From Prevotella phage Lak-C1, in sequence record MK250029.1: a DNA stretch of 32,000 bases; one strand, 5' to 3'. Shown in pieces: positions 9,626 to 18,860 of this stretch (position 1 is its first letter; every line of letters begins with the position of its first letter). The position numbers and the translations under genes are program-made. The notes under the pieces were generated by a model. The model saw nothing but the letters and a program-made list of their open reading frames with translations, had not been told where the DNA came from and did not search any database.

Positions 9626-10588
9626 ATGATGGAATAGAATAAAAATAAGAAAAAGATATTAATATTACTGATGTCATGTAATATAGAATTCTTTTAGAAA
9701 GAAGAAGAACTTTGTAAACAAACATGGCTTTCTAATATTGATTAGTATGATAATATAGACTATTTTATATATACAGCATCAGACAATGATAAATGTTATA
9801 TAAGTACAAACAATCATAAAATAAAAGTACCAACTAATGATGATTTGTATTCAACATTATCAAAAACATTATTAACATTACAAGTATTAGAACAAATACA
9901 AATATTATAGAATTATGATTATATATTCAGAACAAATTTATCTACTTATATAAATATTTCTTTATTAAATGAATTTGTATAGAATATAAAGGATGATAAT
10001 ATTACATATGCAACTGAATGTTATATAACAAAAGAACAAGGACCATATAAGTATTGTATATTTCCATAGGGTAATGGTACATTATTATCTCGTAAATTAT
10101 ATAAACAATTTACGTTTGATAATTTCTACAGATATATGGAAATGTATAAAGATATTTATAAACCGGATGTAACAGCAAGCATTGATGATAATGGTATGGG
10201 ATTTATTTTAACATGTTATTATTTGGAAAACAAGTTTGATATATTTGACATGTTTTAGGAATTTGGTTTTGTTAGACCTGAATATCTGTATGAACCAGAT
10301 CCATATTATGATAATATAAATGATTTTAATAAATGTATAGCAATTTCATATAGAGTTTTTAAAAATAGAAATTTATAGAATGAATCTGATAACTGTATGT
10401 ATATTCACAGGAATATAAAATACGATAATACAGATTTATCATTTATAAATAAATGGTTATAGAAAGATATGATTCATCTTGTTGTTACATATTTAATTGA
10501 TGATATTATTACAAAACAAGATGCATTAAATATTCTTAAATATAATAAAGATTTTAGAAATATACCATATATTAAATATGAAAGATAA
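9626..10588 (+). CDS. Glycosyltransferase-like protein (copy 1), TAG-recoded
   Basis: With TAG=Q: MMEQNKNKKKILILLMSCNIEFFQKEEELCKQTWLSNIDQYDNIDYFIYTAS...QNYDYIFRTNLSTYINISLLNEFV...PQGNGTLLSRKLYKQFTF..., nine TAG codons, TAA stop. Paralog of the next gene. The beta-strand start plus (D)YIFRTNLST...L core resembles GT31/GT-A-like proteins. Confidence 0.65.
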
Positions 10589-11525
10589 GAAAATAATTAT
10601 ATTGTCAATGTGTTGTAATTAGGAATTATTTCAGTAGTAGGAATATAGATTACGCACAGAATTATATGCAAAAGACATTTTAAATCATAAATTTAAAAAT
10701 GTTGATTATTGGACATATACGGCATCTACAGATGGTAAATATCATGTAAATAAAAAATTACATAAGATAGAAGTTCCAACAGATGATTCATTAAATGGAA
10801 CATATGAAAAAACATATCAAACATTTAAATTATTAAAACAACTTAATTTAGATTATGATTATATATTAAGAACTAATTGTTCAACATACATAAATGTTAA
10901 TTTGTTAAAAAGTTTTGTTAATCGATTAACAGATGAACGAATAATTTATTCTAATAATGTATATTGCACAAAAGATGGTTCAGGTCCATATGAGTGGAGT
11001 TTATATGGTGTTGGTAATTCATTATTATTATCAAAATTTTGGATTAACATTATATTAAATAATCATATATCTAAGATTAAAAATATTAATGAAAATAAAG
11101 CAAGTAAAAGTGCAATATTTGAAATTGATGATAATGCTATAGGTTTTACAGTAAATTGTTATTGTCTTCAACATAATTATGATGCATGTTTTATATGGCA
11201 GTCATGGAAATCACCATTGCCTAATGTTGATATTAATAATGCGGGTGATTATATAGCAATACCGTTCAGAGAATATAATAAGACAAAAACAAGAGATAAT
11301 GAGTATGATAAATCATTATATATACATAAGTAGATAACAGAAAATAATGGTATATATGATGATGATTATATAAAGAGTTTAACAGAAAATCAATATATGC
11401 ATATATTAGATTTTGATTAGAATATGCATTCTATAGTAACTAAAGATTTCTGTATGAAATTTATGGATGTTGTTTATTTTCCATATTATTTAAAAAACAT
11501 AAAAAAGCAAATGAATAAAAAATAA
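10578..11525 (+). CDS. Glycosyltransferase-like protein (copy 2), TAG-recoded
   Basis: MKDKKIIILSMCCNQELFQQQEYRLRTELYAKDILNHKFKNVDYWTYTASTDGKYHVNKK...LDYDYILRTNCSTYINVNLLKSFVNRLTDERIIYSNNVYC...GVGNSLLLSKFW..., TAA stop; overlaps copy 1 by 11 nt. Confidence 0.65.
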
Positions 11526-11529
11526 AGAT

Positions 11530-11739
11530 ATGGTAGATTTAGAATACGTTAAAGGAAATGTACGTGAAGGATGGATGTTGAATCCAAATGAAAAAATTGT
11601 AAATGGAATTATTAAAGGTATTAATCGTTGTAATGGTGATTGCCCTTGTAATAATGATTCTGAGGAAAAACATTGTCCATGTTCTAATTATAGAACAAAA
11701 GATAAATGTTGTTGTAAATTATATGTTAAACAAGATTAA
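11530..11739 (+). CDS. Ferredoxin-thioredoxin reductase catalytic-subunit-like protein
   Basis: WMLNPNEKIVNGIIKGINRCNGDCPCNNDSEEKHCPCSNYRTKDKCCCKLYV: CPC...CPC...CCC cysteine arrangement of FTR beta-like proteins. Confidence 0.75.
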   Translation: MVDLEYVKGNVREGWMLNPNEKIVNGIIKGINRCNGDCPCNNDSEEKHCPCSNYRTKDKCCCKLYVKQD

Positions 11740-11750
11740 TTTAATTTATT

Positions 11751-12467
11751 ATGGCTAAACATACAATAGATATTATAGAAGGAGTAAAGAATTTTTCACA
11801 AATGAAATTATTTACTATTAATAATTCATCAGAAGAAAATATTTCTTTTTCAAACGATGGATTATATCCTTGTATTAAAGTAACAAAGGAAGAAGTTCAG
11901 AAATATATCGAGCAGAATAAATTTTATTATATTCATACATATGGTGAAATTTATAATTTAACAGATGATATTTATGGAACTATTCTTGTTTATAATAAAG
12001 AAGATAATTGTTATAATATTGGTATTATTAATATGTCGTCTGATATTGGTATGAAAGGTGATGTTATTACTTTTATCAATTTAACAAAGAGGATTAATAG
12101 TGATAATGAATATTGGACACCGAAATATTGTTTTTATAATTATGAAAAATTTCATAATTACCAGACAACATTAATGTATCTTTTTGATACACGAAAAGAA
12201 TCAGCAGAAGATTTATTGTTAGATATTATTCAAAAATATAAATTTAAACTTTCTAAAGAAAAAGCGAATGTCATTACATTAAATAATAAAGAACTTTATC
12301 AACAGAAATTTGATAAATTATTTAATGAACGTGTAGAAGAACTTAAAAAAGAAATTGAATCTATACTTAATAATGAAAAGCAAAAATCTGAAAGTGAAAT
12401 AACCAAATTAACTGAAAAGATTACATATACACAGGAAGATTTAAATAAGGTTAGAGAATGGAATTAA
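11751..12467 (+). CDS. Hypothetical protein with C-terminal coiled-coil
   Basis: ORF; charged heptad-like C-terminus (NERVEELKKEIESILNNEKQKSESEITKLTEKITYTQEDLNKVREWN). Confidence 0.65.
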   Translation: MAKHTIDIIEGVKNFSQMKLFTINNSSEENISFSNDGLYPCIKVTKEEVQKYIEQNKFYYIHTYGEIYNLTDDIYGTILVYNKEDNCYNIGIINMSSDIGMKGDVITFINLTKRINSDNEYWTPKYCFYNYEKFHNYQTTLMYLFDTRKESAEDLLLDIIQKYKFKLSKEKANVITLNNKELYQQKFDKLFNERVEELKKEIESILNNEKQKSESEITKLTEKITYTQEDLNKVREWN

Positions 12468-13000
12468 TCAGTTATGAAGATTTTAAACAACATGAATCTA
12501 AGTCAGTATATGCTGTTATATATTCATCAATATTAAATAATGGTATTTTACCATTAGCAGAAGAACTTTCGTCAAAGGAAATAGATAATTTAACAGATAT
12601 ATTTAATGATGATAATATAAAACCGGTTAAATTTACTCTGGTAAAAACAAGTAACATATTACCATCTAATAATTTATTCATTAAATATATGTTACAACCT
12701 ATTGATAATAATTGGAATAATCCTAATATTCCATATATTTTTTATCGAGAATGTAAAGATAATCCTTTAGTATTTGCAATAATATATAATATAGAAGACC
12801 ATACATTGAAATATTCAGTCCCTTATGGAAATAATAGGAATATCCATATGTTTTCTACTTTGGAAGAATGTAATGATTATATAACTAAATGTAAGGAAAT
12901 TATTATACATAATTTATTATCATATTATAAAACGAAGATTTCACAGTATACTACTACTGTGAATAAAATTGAGTCAAAAATTGATGATTTTTTATCATAA
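12458..13000 (+). CDS. Hypothetical protein
   Basis: 180-aa ORF overlapping the upstream gene by 10 nt, TAA stop. Confidence 0.65.
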   Translation: MELISYEDFKQHESKSVYAVIYSSILNNGILPLAEELSSKEIDNLTDIFNDDNIKPVKFTLVKTSNILPSNNLFIKYMLQPIDNNWNNPNIPYIFYRECKDNPLVFAIIYNIEDHTLKYSVPYGNNRNIHMFSTLEECNDYITKCKEIIIHNLLSYYKTKISQYTTTVNKIESKIDDFLS

Positions 13001-13132
13001 TTTATCAAATATTTATATTATTTTTTAATTAATTTTGAGGTTTTATTAAAATTAGCCAATATTTTAATAAAACCTTAATTTTAATATATACATATTTAAA
13101 TTAGATAAATAATAAAAATGATTTTTAATTGA

Positions 13133-13405
13133 ATGGAACCAAAAAAACATAGTTCACGTGATGGTTTAAGTGTTGTTGATGTTAATGATACACCAGAAGA
13201 CGTATATATGGATTCTTTTTTAGAAGATGGTGATGACGGTTTCGTAGAAAATATAGAACCAGATAAAATGCCAACAGAAGATTTACGAATTGAAGCGCTT
13301 AAACGTGCGATAGATATTGCAAAATTAATGAGTAACGTAACAACTCAAGACGTTATTAATATTGCAGCTAAGATTGCTGATTATATCAGTAATACATAGA
13401 TTTAA
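13133..13405 (+). CDS. Hypothetical acidic protein, paralog of the next gene; TAG near its C-terminus
   Basis: ...LRIEALKRAIDIAKLMSNVTTQDVINIAAKIADYISNT(Q)I then TAA. Confidence 0.65.
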
Positions 13406-13430
13406 AAATAATATATTTAAGTTATATAAT

Positions 13431-13817
13431 ATGAATACAACTACATTAAAAGAAAGATTAGGTCTTGATGAAGAAGCCGTATTTGAAGATGGTGTAACAG
13501 CAACAGATGACGGTATGACTGATGAAGAACTTAAGATTGAATCATTGAAGATTGCAACTAATATAGGTAAACTTATGAGCAATGTAACAACAGAAGATAT
13601 TGTAAGTATTGCAGAAACAGTTGCTAAATTTATTAAGGGTGGTGAAGGTGCCTCACTTGAAACTACAAATGATGATAGTTCATCAGATGAAGATAATGGT
13701 GAAACAGAAGAAGACTTTAACACTGAAGATGAAGAAACACCAGAAGAAACACCAGAAGAAACAGATGAAGGAACATCTCCTGCAGCTGGTGAAGATGAAG
13801 AAGATTTTGAAATTTAA
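13431..13817 (+). CDS. Hypothetical protein with acidic C-terminal tail, paralog of previous gene
   Basis: MNTTTLKERLGLDEEAVFEDG...LKIESLKIATNIGKLMSNVTTEDIVSIAETVAKFIKGG + Glu/Asp/Thr-rich tail. Confidence 0.7.
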   Translation: MNTTTLKERLGLDEEAVFEDGVTATDDGMTDEELKIESLKIATNIGKLMSNVTTEDIVSIAETVAKFIKGGEGASLETTNDDSSSDEDNGETEEDFNTEDEETPEETPEETDEGTSPAAGEDEEDFEI

Positions 13818-13823
13818 TAATAT

Positions 13824-13857
13824 AGGAATAACAATATTTAGCGATTTTGTTATTCCT
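13824..13857 (+). terminator. Stem-loop terminator
   Basis: AGGAATAACAA / TTGTTATTCCT followed by a T-rich stretch. Confidence 0.75.
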
Positions 13858-13939
13858 TTTATTTTTATCATAAATAGACTTTATTTATATTTGGATATAT
13901 AAACTTTAAATATTCATAAAACTAAAAAGAAATAAAGTT

Positions 13940-14449
13940 ATGACAGAAGTAAATGTTAATGGATCTATTGATCTTAATGTAAATCGTGGTAAGAGAGTGA
14001 ATAATAATCAGCGTCCGCGTTTCAAGAAGGATGAGCACAAGCCACGTGTAAAGACAGATGAAGAGTATATTGCTCAGCTTAATGCAGCAATGCAGAAGGC
14101 AGGCGGACGCTATGTAAAATTTGATAATGTAGATCATACAGAAGGACTTATGGTTGCAGGTGTGCAGTCAAATGATGGAAAGTATATGTTTGCTGTAGTA
14201 GATCGAGATCGTCATGTTCAGCTTGTAGGAAATAATGAACATTTTTCAGTGATTCGTAATGTACCTGCAAGTCTTTATGTACTTGATTATCTTTATCACC
14301 GTGAATCAGCAACGTTACATGAAATGGTAACAAATACATTTGATATTGATAATACAAAACTTATCACAAAGCTATATATCAATGTACATAAGAAAACTAC
14401 TAAGACTAATAAGAAAGTAAAGAATACAAAGAAGAACACAAAGAAGTAA
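13940..14449 (+). CDS. Hypothetical protein with basic N- and C-terminal tails
   Basis: 170-codon ORF, C-terminus KKTTKTNKKVKNTKKNTKK; codon usage differs from its neighbours. Confidence 0.7.
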   Translation: MTEVNVNGSIDLNVNRGKRVNNNQRPRFKKDEHKPRVKTDEEYIAQLNAAMQKAGGRYVKFDNVDHTEGLMVAGVQSNDGKYMFAVVDRDRHVQLVGNNEHFSVIRNVPASLYVLDYLYHRESATLHEMVTNTFDIDNTKLITKLYINVHKKTTKTNKKVKNTKKNTKK

Positions 14450-14483
14450 GTATCAATAGATTTAATTATTTTACTTCTAATAT

Positions 14484-14516
14484 AGAGATATAATTCAGTA
14501 TATGAGTTATATCTCT
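14484..14516 (+). terminator. Stem-loop terminator
   Basis: AGAGATATAA / TTATATCTCT followed by TTTTTT. Confidence 0.7.
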
Positions 14517-14580
14517 TTTTTATTTTATAAACTTATACTTTATTTTTAAATATAATATTTAAATATTTAATTGTACAAAA

Positions 14581-14979
14581 ATGAAAGAACTAAATTCATT
14601 CAAAGAATTATTTACATGGAATAAAGAAGAACAGCAAGATTTAGAATTTGAAAATTTGAATCTTGTAACTGCTGTTTATTCTGCTAAACGTATAGAAATG
14701 TTAAGGGATGAATTTAAAAGCACTTATAAGAAACTTACAGATTTATTAGATATTAGGAAATCTGATAAATTACTCAAAGACAGAATAAAAGAATTTAATG
14801 CAGAACAATGGATACAACATGTATATTCATATATGAATGCATCTGTTAGAAAATATGAAGATTTAACATATGCAATAAATTTTCATAATATATTATTTCC
14901 GGATGAACCTGCATTAGGATTAACAGAAGATGAAATTAAGATTATAAATCAAATAAAGGGTATAGAAATAATTATATAA
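14581..14979 (+). CDS. Hypothetical protein
   Basis: 132-aa ORF, TAA stop. Confidence 0.6.
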   Translation: MKELNSFKELFTWNKEEQQDLEFENLNLVTAVYSAKRIEMLRDEFKSTYKKLTDLLDIRKSDKLLKDRIKEFNAEQWIQHVYSYMNASVRKYEDLTYAINFHNILFPDEPALGLTEDEIKIINQIKGIEIII

Positions 14980-14982
14980 AAA

Positions 14983-15014
14983 GGGGATTACTTTGTGTGC
15001 TGTCAGTAATCCCC
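14983..15014. terminator. Stem-loop between convergent genes (possible bidirectional terminator)
   Basis: GGGGATTACT / AGTAATCCCC, between a plus-strand gene and a minus-strand gene. Confidence 0.6.
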
Positions 15015-15034
15015 TGTACTTGTTTAATAGTTAT

Positions 15035-15424
15035 TTAAAATATGCAGTGAAGTAAACTGCCAATGCATATTACCAATGTATACTTTAACATGTCCTTATG
15101 ATTGCATACATCACAAGTTTCTGCTTGCATATGATGTACATAACAAGACTGTACAATCATTGCTAATATTGAGAATGTAAATCCACATAAAATAGAAATT
15201 AAAAACCATGCAATAAACATGATAGAATTCCCATTATTTGTTTTTACATCACTCCAAACTTCTTTGAGGATTTCCCATAGATACAATCCAAAAGTTACGA
15301 AGAACTTTTTTACTGATTCGAATGTTAAACCTTTAAAAAAGTTTACTAGATTAATAAATGAACTTAACATATTAGATAATAAATAACTATTTTTAGGAAG
15401 TATAATAATTTGTTTATTATACAT
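15035..15424 (-). CDS. Predicted small membrane protein
   Basis: Minus-strand ORF with hydrophobic segment NSIMFIAWFLISILCGFTFSILAMIV and C-terminal TLVICIGSLLHCIF. Confidence 0.5.
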   Translation of the reverse strand: MYNKQIIILPKNSYLLSNMLSSFINLVNFFKGLTFESVKKFFVTFGLYLWEILKEVWSDVKTNNGNSIMFIAWFLISILCGFTFSILAMIVQSCYVHHMQAETCDVCNHKDMLKYTLVICIGSLLHCIF

Positions 15425-15497
15425 ATATATTTATTATAGACAAAATTAGAACTTTATTATACAAACATAAGTAAAGACAGATTAGAATATAAAAAAT

Positions 15498-16040
15498 ATG
15501 GTAAAACAAAAATATAATTTATCAATAGCAGAAGAAATGTCTTATGATGAAGATATTATTTGCTTCTGGAAACCTTATGGTAATGACACAATAGGTCCTC
15601 ATGTATTTTGTCAGTGGTATAAATCAAATTTCATTGATGAAAATAATATAAAGTTTTCATGTACTGAACAATATATGATGTTTAAAAAGGCTATGTTATT
15701 TGGTGATAAACAAATTGCATATCAGATTTTGTTGGAAACTGATCCATCTAAAATGAAAAAGTATGGAAGACTCATTAAGAATTTTGATGATAAAATTTGG
15801 AATGAAAATAAGTTTACTATTGTTTATAATGGTAATTATTTGAAGTTTACACAGAATGACGAATTAAAGAAATATATTAAATCAACTGGTAATTCTATAT
15901 TAGTTGAAGCAAGTCCATATGATAATATTTGGGGTGTAAAATTATCTGCAGATAATGATGATATTTTATATCCAGAGAAGTGGAAAGGCGAAAATCTTTT
16001 GGGATTTGCATTGATGCAAGTAAGAGATGATATAACATAA
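15498..16040 (+). CDS. NADAR/YbiA-like domain protein (predicted N-glycosidase)
   Basis: ICFWKPYGNDTIGPHVFCQWYKSNF...KFSCTEQYMMFKKAMLFGDKQIAYQILLETDPSKMKKYGRLIKNFDDKIWNENKFTIVYNGNYLKFTQNDELKKYIKSTGNSILVEASPYDNIWGVKL: characteristic E-Q-hM-Mxx-KA and EASPxDxxWGxG/K motifs. Confidence 0.88.
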   Translation: MVKQKYNLSIAEEMSYDEDIICFWKPYGNDTIGPHVFCQWYKSNFIDENNIKFSCTEQYMMFKKAMLFGDKQIAYQILLETDPSKMKKYGRLIKNFDDKIWNENKFTIVYNGNYLKFTQNDELKKYIKSTGNSILVEASPYDNIWGVKLSADNDDILYPEKWKGENLLGFALMQVRDDIT

Positions 16041-16060
16041 TATTTAATTTTTAAATTTTA

Positions 16061-16582
16061 ATGGCAATGAATATTAATGAAATTATAGAAGAATTGAAAA
16101 CTTTTTCTGATGAAGATTTAATTAAGTTTAATAAAGTATTTTCTGATTTTTATAAGCCATACAAGAAGAAGGAAAATGAGATAAAGAAAAAACTCAAGAA
16201 ACAGAAAGAGGAATTGCAGAAAGCGGAAGCAATTAAAGCAGGTGATAAACTTTGTGAAATTTATGGTATTAATGCATATCCTATTTCTATTGTTCATAAA
16301 GCATGGGATTGTCCATACAATGGATGGCTTGATGATTGTATAGGGGATGATGAGAATATCGGTGATTTATTTGATAATACAACAGAAGGATATACAAATG
16401 ATGATATTGAAAATATAGAAAATACATTTTACGAGTATTTTTATAATTTTATGTTTGATGAAGATAAGGATTCAAGAAATCTTCGTCCGGGTAGATCATT
16501 GTATAGAGTTTATGTAAAAAACACTAATGGTGAAATAAAAGATATTGATGAAGATGAAATTAGAACTTTTATGCAAGGTTAA
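16061..16582 (+). CDS. Hypothetical protein
   Basis: 173-aa ORF. Confidence 0.65.
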   Translation: MAMNINEIIEELKTFSDEDLIKFNKVFSDFYKPYKKKENEIKKKLKKQKEELQKAEAIKAGDKLCEIYGINAYPISIVHKAWDCPYNGWLDDCIGDDENIGDLFDNTTEGYTNDDIENIENTFYEYFYNFMFDEDKDSRNLRPGRSLYRVYVKNTNGEIKDIDEDEIRTFMQG

Positions 16583-16844
16583 AAATTATATAAAATATAA
16601 AACACCTTGGCGATACGTTACTTATAATAGAAGACTATATAAAGGTGATGACATGTATATAGATTTTAGTTGGAGTCGAGAACGACATTGCTCCTTAGGG
16701 TTCTATTATGATGGTAATCTTCATACAGATGTATTTACAAATAATGAAGAATGGTTTGTAAATAGACTTTATATAAATTTTATATTCGCAACTATAAAGA
16801 TAACAACAAAAAGAAAATTGTATTGTATACGAAATTATGATTGA
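16545..16844 (+). CDS. Hypothetical protein
   Basis: ORF with uncertain start (overlaps the previous CDS by 38 nt). Confidence 0.5.
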   Translation: MMKMKLELLCKVKNYIKYKTPWRYVTYNRRLYKGDDMYIDFSWSRERHCSLGFYYDGNLHTDVFTNNEEWFVNRLYINFIFATIKITTKRKLYCIRNYD

Positions 16845-17202
16845 TAACTCAAAGGAATATATTGTATGTGCTGCATATCTTCAGACAAAGAATACAGCGC
16901 ATAGACAATATATGATAGATACAATGAATAAAGATCCTAAAAGCATATATCATAAACCGCATGATGAAGTTTTTGATATGAGATTGGGATATAGACATCC
17001 TGATATTATATATCAATTTAAAGATGAAATTAATTCATTTGAATCTGACGGTGGTTTTATGACTTCTAAAGGTAGATATGTTGATAGAATAGAAGCGATG
17101 AAAATAGCATATGAATGTGGTCAGGTGACTAAAGAAAAAGCGTTAAGAAACGATGATAGTAATATAAAATATTGGCCATTATATTCAGAAGATATTTATT
17201 GA
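16837..17202 (+). CDS. Hypothetical phage protein
   Basis: ...GFMTSKGRYVDRIEAMKIAYECGQVTKEKA: pattern often seen in small phage proteins of unknown function. Confidence 0.7.
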   Translation: MIDNSKEYIVCAAYLQTKNTAHRQYMIDTMNKDPKSIYHKPHDEVFDMRLGYRHPDIIYQFKDEINSFESDGGFMTSKGRYVDRIEAMKIAYECGQVTKEKALRNDDSNIKYWPLYSEDIY

Positions 17203-17226
17203 AAAAATATTTACATTATTTTAAAA

Positions 17227-17517
17227 ATGATGACATTAAAAGAAGCAATAGAACATGCAACAGAAATTTCAGAAACATGTGATAATAAAGAATGCGGTTT
17301 AGATCATAAACAATTAGCAAATTGGCTTACAGAACTTGAAGAATTGAGGGAAGAACATAAGCAGAATGTGATGAATATGCTAGCAACAGACTATGCAGAA
17401 AATCATACATCTAATGTTGAATACCGTTATACAAACTGTACTGTTAGAGATTTTTATAATGCAAATAAAGCAGCATATATTGCTGGATTTAAAGAAGGAT
17501 TAAACTATAAGGAATGA
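17227..17517 (+). CDS. Hypothetical protein
   Basis: 96-aa ORF; 4-nt overlap with next. Confidence 0.6.
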   Translation: MMTLKEAIEHATEISETCDNKECGLDHKQLANWLTELEELREEHKQNVMNMLATDYAENHTSNVEYRYTNCTVRDFYNANKAAYIAGFKEGLNYKE

Positions 17518-17822
17518 GAAAGATAAAGAAAGGTGAGTATATGCATTCATATACATCTGGTCCATGTAATGATGAAACAAGATGGGTATTTCCAGAAGAT
17601 TTTGATGGTCTTGATGATAATGCTTATTATGAAATAGAATATGATTATTATAGTGCATCAGATCCATGTGATTTTTCTTGCACATATAAAGTAACATATA
17701 TTAAGAAAGTTGATGATTCTCTATATCATATATTTAATATTTTAAATCATTATAACGATGCAAGCACATCTGATTCATTTATGGAATGGTTTAATAAACA
17801 TTATACATTAAATTGTAAATGA
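17514..17822 (+). CDS. Hypothetical protein
   Basis: ORF; 4-nt overlaps on both sides. Confidence 0.6.
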   Translation: MRKIKKGEYMHSYTSGPCNDETRWVFPEDFDGLDDNAYYEIEYDYYSASDPCDFSCTYKVTYIKKVDDSLYHIFNILNHYNDASTSDSFMEWFNKHYTLNCK

Positions 17823-18157
17823 AACTAGATAATTATGAATTAGTAATATCTTTTGCTATGCCTTGCTATTTATATATTGAAGGAGAGTCAAAAGAAAAAT
17901 TTTATGTAGATGAACAAACATGTGATTATTATCTATTTAAAGACATTGATAATGTTCCAAAATATTGGAAACTTATGTTATATAAACCTGATAATATAGA
18001 GCATGTGAATAAAGGTAATATTCATTTATGTAAATGGTTAGTTAATGAAAGTTATCATGATTTTGTATCAAATGATGATAATGATGACAGTAATGATGAT
18101 ACAGATTATGAATATTATGAATGGGATTTTAAAAATCATTGTATAAAAAAAGATTAA
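17819..18157 (+). CDS. Hypothetical protein
   Basis: ORF; acidic DDNDDSNDDTDYEYYEWDF segment. Confidence 0.6.
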   Translation: MKLDNYELVISFAMPCYLYIEGESKEKFYVDEQTCDYYLFKDIDNVPKYWKLMLYKPDNIEHVNKGNIHLCKWLVNESYHDFVSNDDNDDSNDDTDYEYYEWDFKNHCIKKD

Positions 18158-18158
18158 T

Positions 18159-18389
18159 ATGAAATACAGAATATTAAAAGAAGAGAAAGGATTCCGTGCA
18201 CAAGTTCAACTTGAAAGTAGACGGTTCGGAAAGTATTTTGAATATATTGAAGAAGACGGAAATCTTAATTCATGCCCAATAACTCATTATTATGAAACTG
18301 AACAAGAAGCTATTGAAGCATGTAAGAAACATCATGTAAAAATGGGTTATGATAAACTTCCAAAAGTTGTTGACGAATTTGAATTGTAA
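18159..18389 (+). CDS. Hypothetical small protein
   Basis: 76-aa ORF MKYRILKEEKGFRAQVQLESRRFGKYFEY... Confidence 0.6.
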   Translation: MKYRILKEEKGFRAQVQLESRRFGKYFEYIEEDGNLNSCPITHYYETEQEAIEACKKHHVKMGYDKLPKVVDEFEL

Positions 18390-18394
18390 TTATT

Positions 18395-18796
18395 ATGTGG
18401 TTAGCAAGAAATCAAGGACATGATACATTATCTGGTAAATACATACCAGGTGATTTATATCTTTATATGAAAAAACCTAAACGTGCAAATTCATTTAAGG
18501 GATCATTACTAGAAGATATACATACAGAAAATGATATATGGACTGCGAGATGTCCAAAAATGAAATATGATAAAGAATCATTTTCTGATTTGAAATATGA
18601 AGATGAACCTATTGAGGTTGATTTAGATATTAAATATAATAGATGGGATCAAGATATTTACAAATATCTATTGAGAATTAAAGAAATTACAGATACTTAT
18701 AAAAATCCGTTAATAAATGATTCTGGAGGTGCATCTATTTGTAATGACATTGATAAAAAAGTAGATGAACTAATTAAAATGGTTTTATTTAAATAA
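18395..18796 (+). CDS. Hypothetical protein
   Basis: 133-aa ORF. Confidence 0.6.
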   Translation: MWLARNQGHDTLSGKYIPGDLYLYMKKPKRANSFKGSLLEDIHTENDIWTARCPKMKYDKESFSDLKYEDEPIEVDLDIKYNRWDQDIYKYLLRIKEITDTYKNPLINDSGGASICNDIDKKVDELIKMVLFK

Positions 18797-18823
18797 TTAC
18801 TTTTTAATTCCAAATAAAATATG

Positions 18824-18831
18824 TATCTTTG
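18824..18831 (+). promoter_or_regulatory. Candidate Bacteroidetes-type -7 element TATCTTTG
   Basis: aatatgTATCTTTGcatatataaa, 29 nt before the ATG at 18861. Confidence 0.5.
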
Positions 18832-18860
18832 CATATATAAAATAATTAAAATTATATATT

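Noticed and set aside
2704-11525. Multiple adjacent 'pseudogenes' or degraded ORFs in standard-code reading
   Set aside because: All interruptions are in-frame TAG only, reading frame and protein similarity are retained on both sides, and terminal stops are TAA/TGA. Reassignment explains this better than decay.
13325-13902. Overlapping ORFs 13325..13723(-), 13609..13902(+), 13683..13871(-)
   Set aside because: Low-complexity products (Ser/Val-rich, Lys/Gln/Met-rich, Phe-rich) mirror the repetitive acidic tail coding sequence in other frames.
13940-14449. Calling the basic-tailed protein a histone-like or nucleoid protein
   Set aside because: Lys-rich termini alone do not support a specific function, so left as hypothetical.
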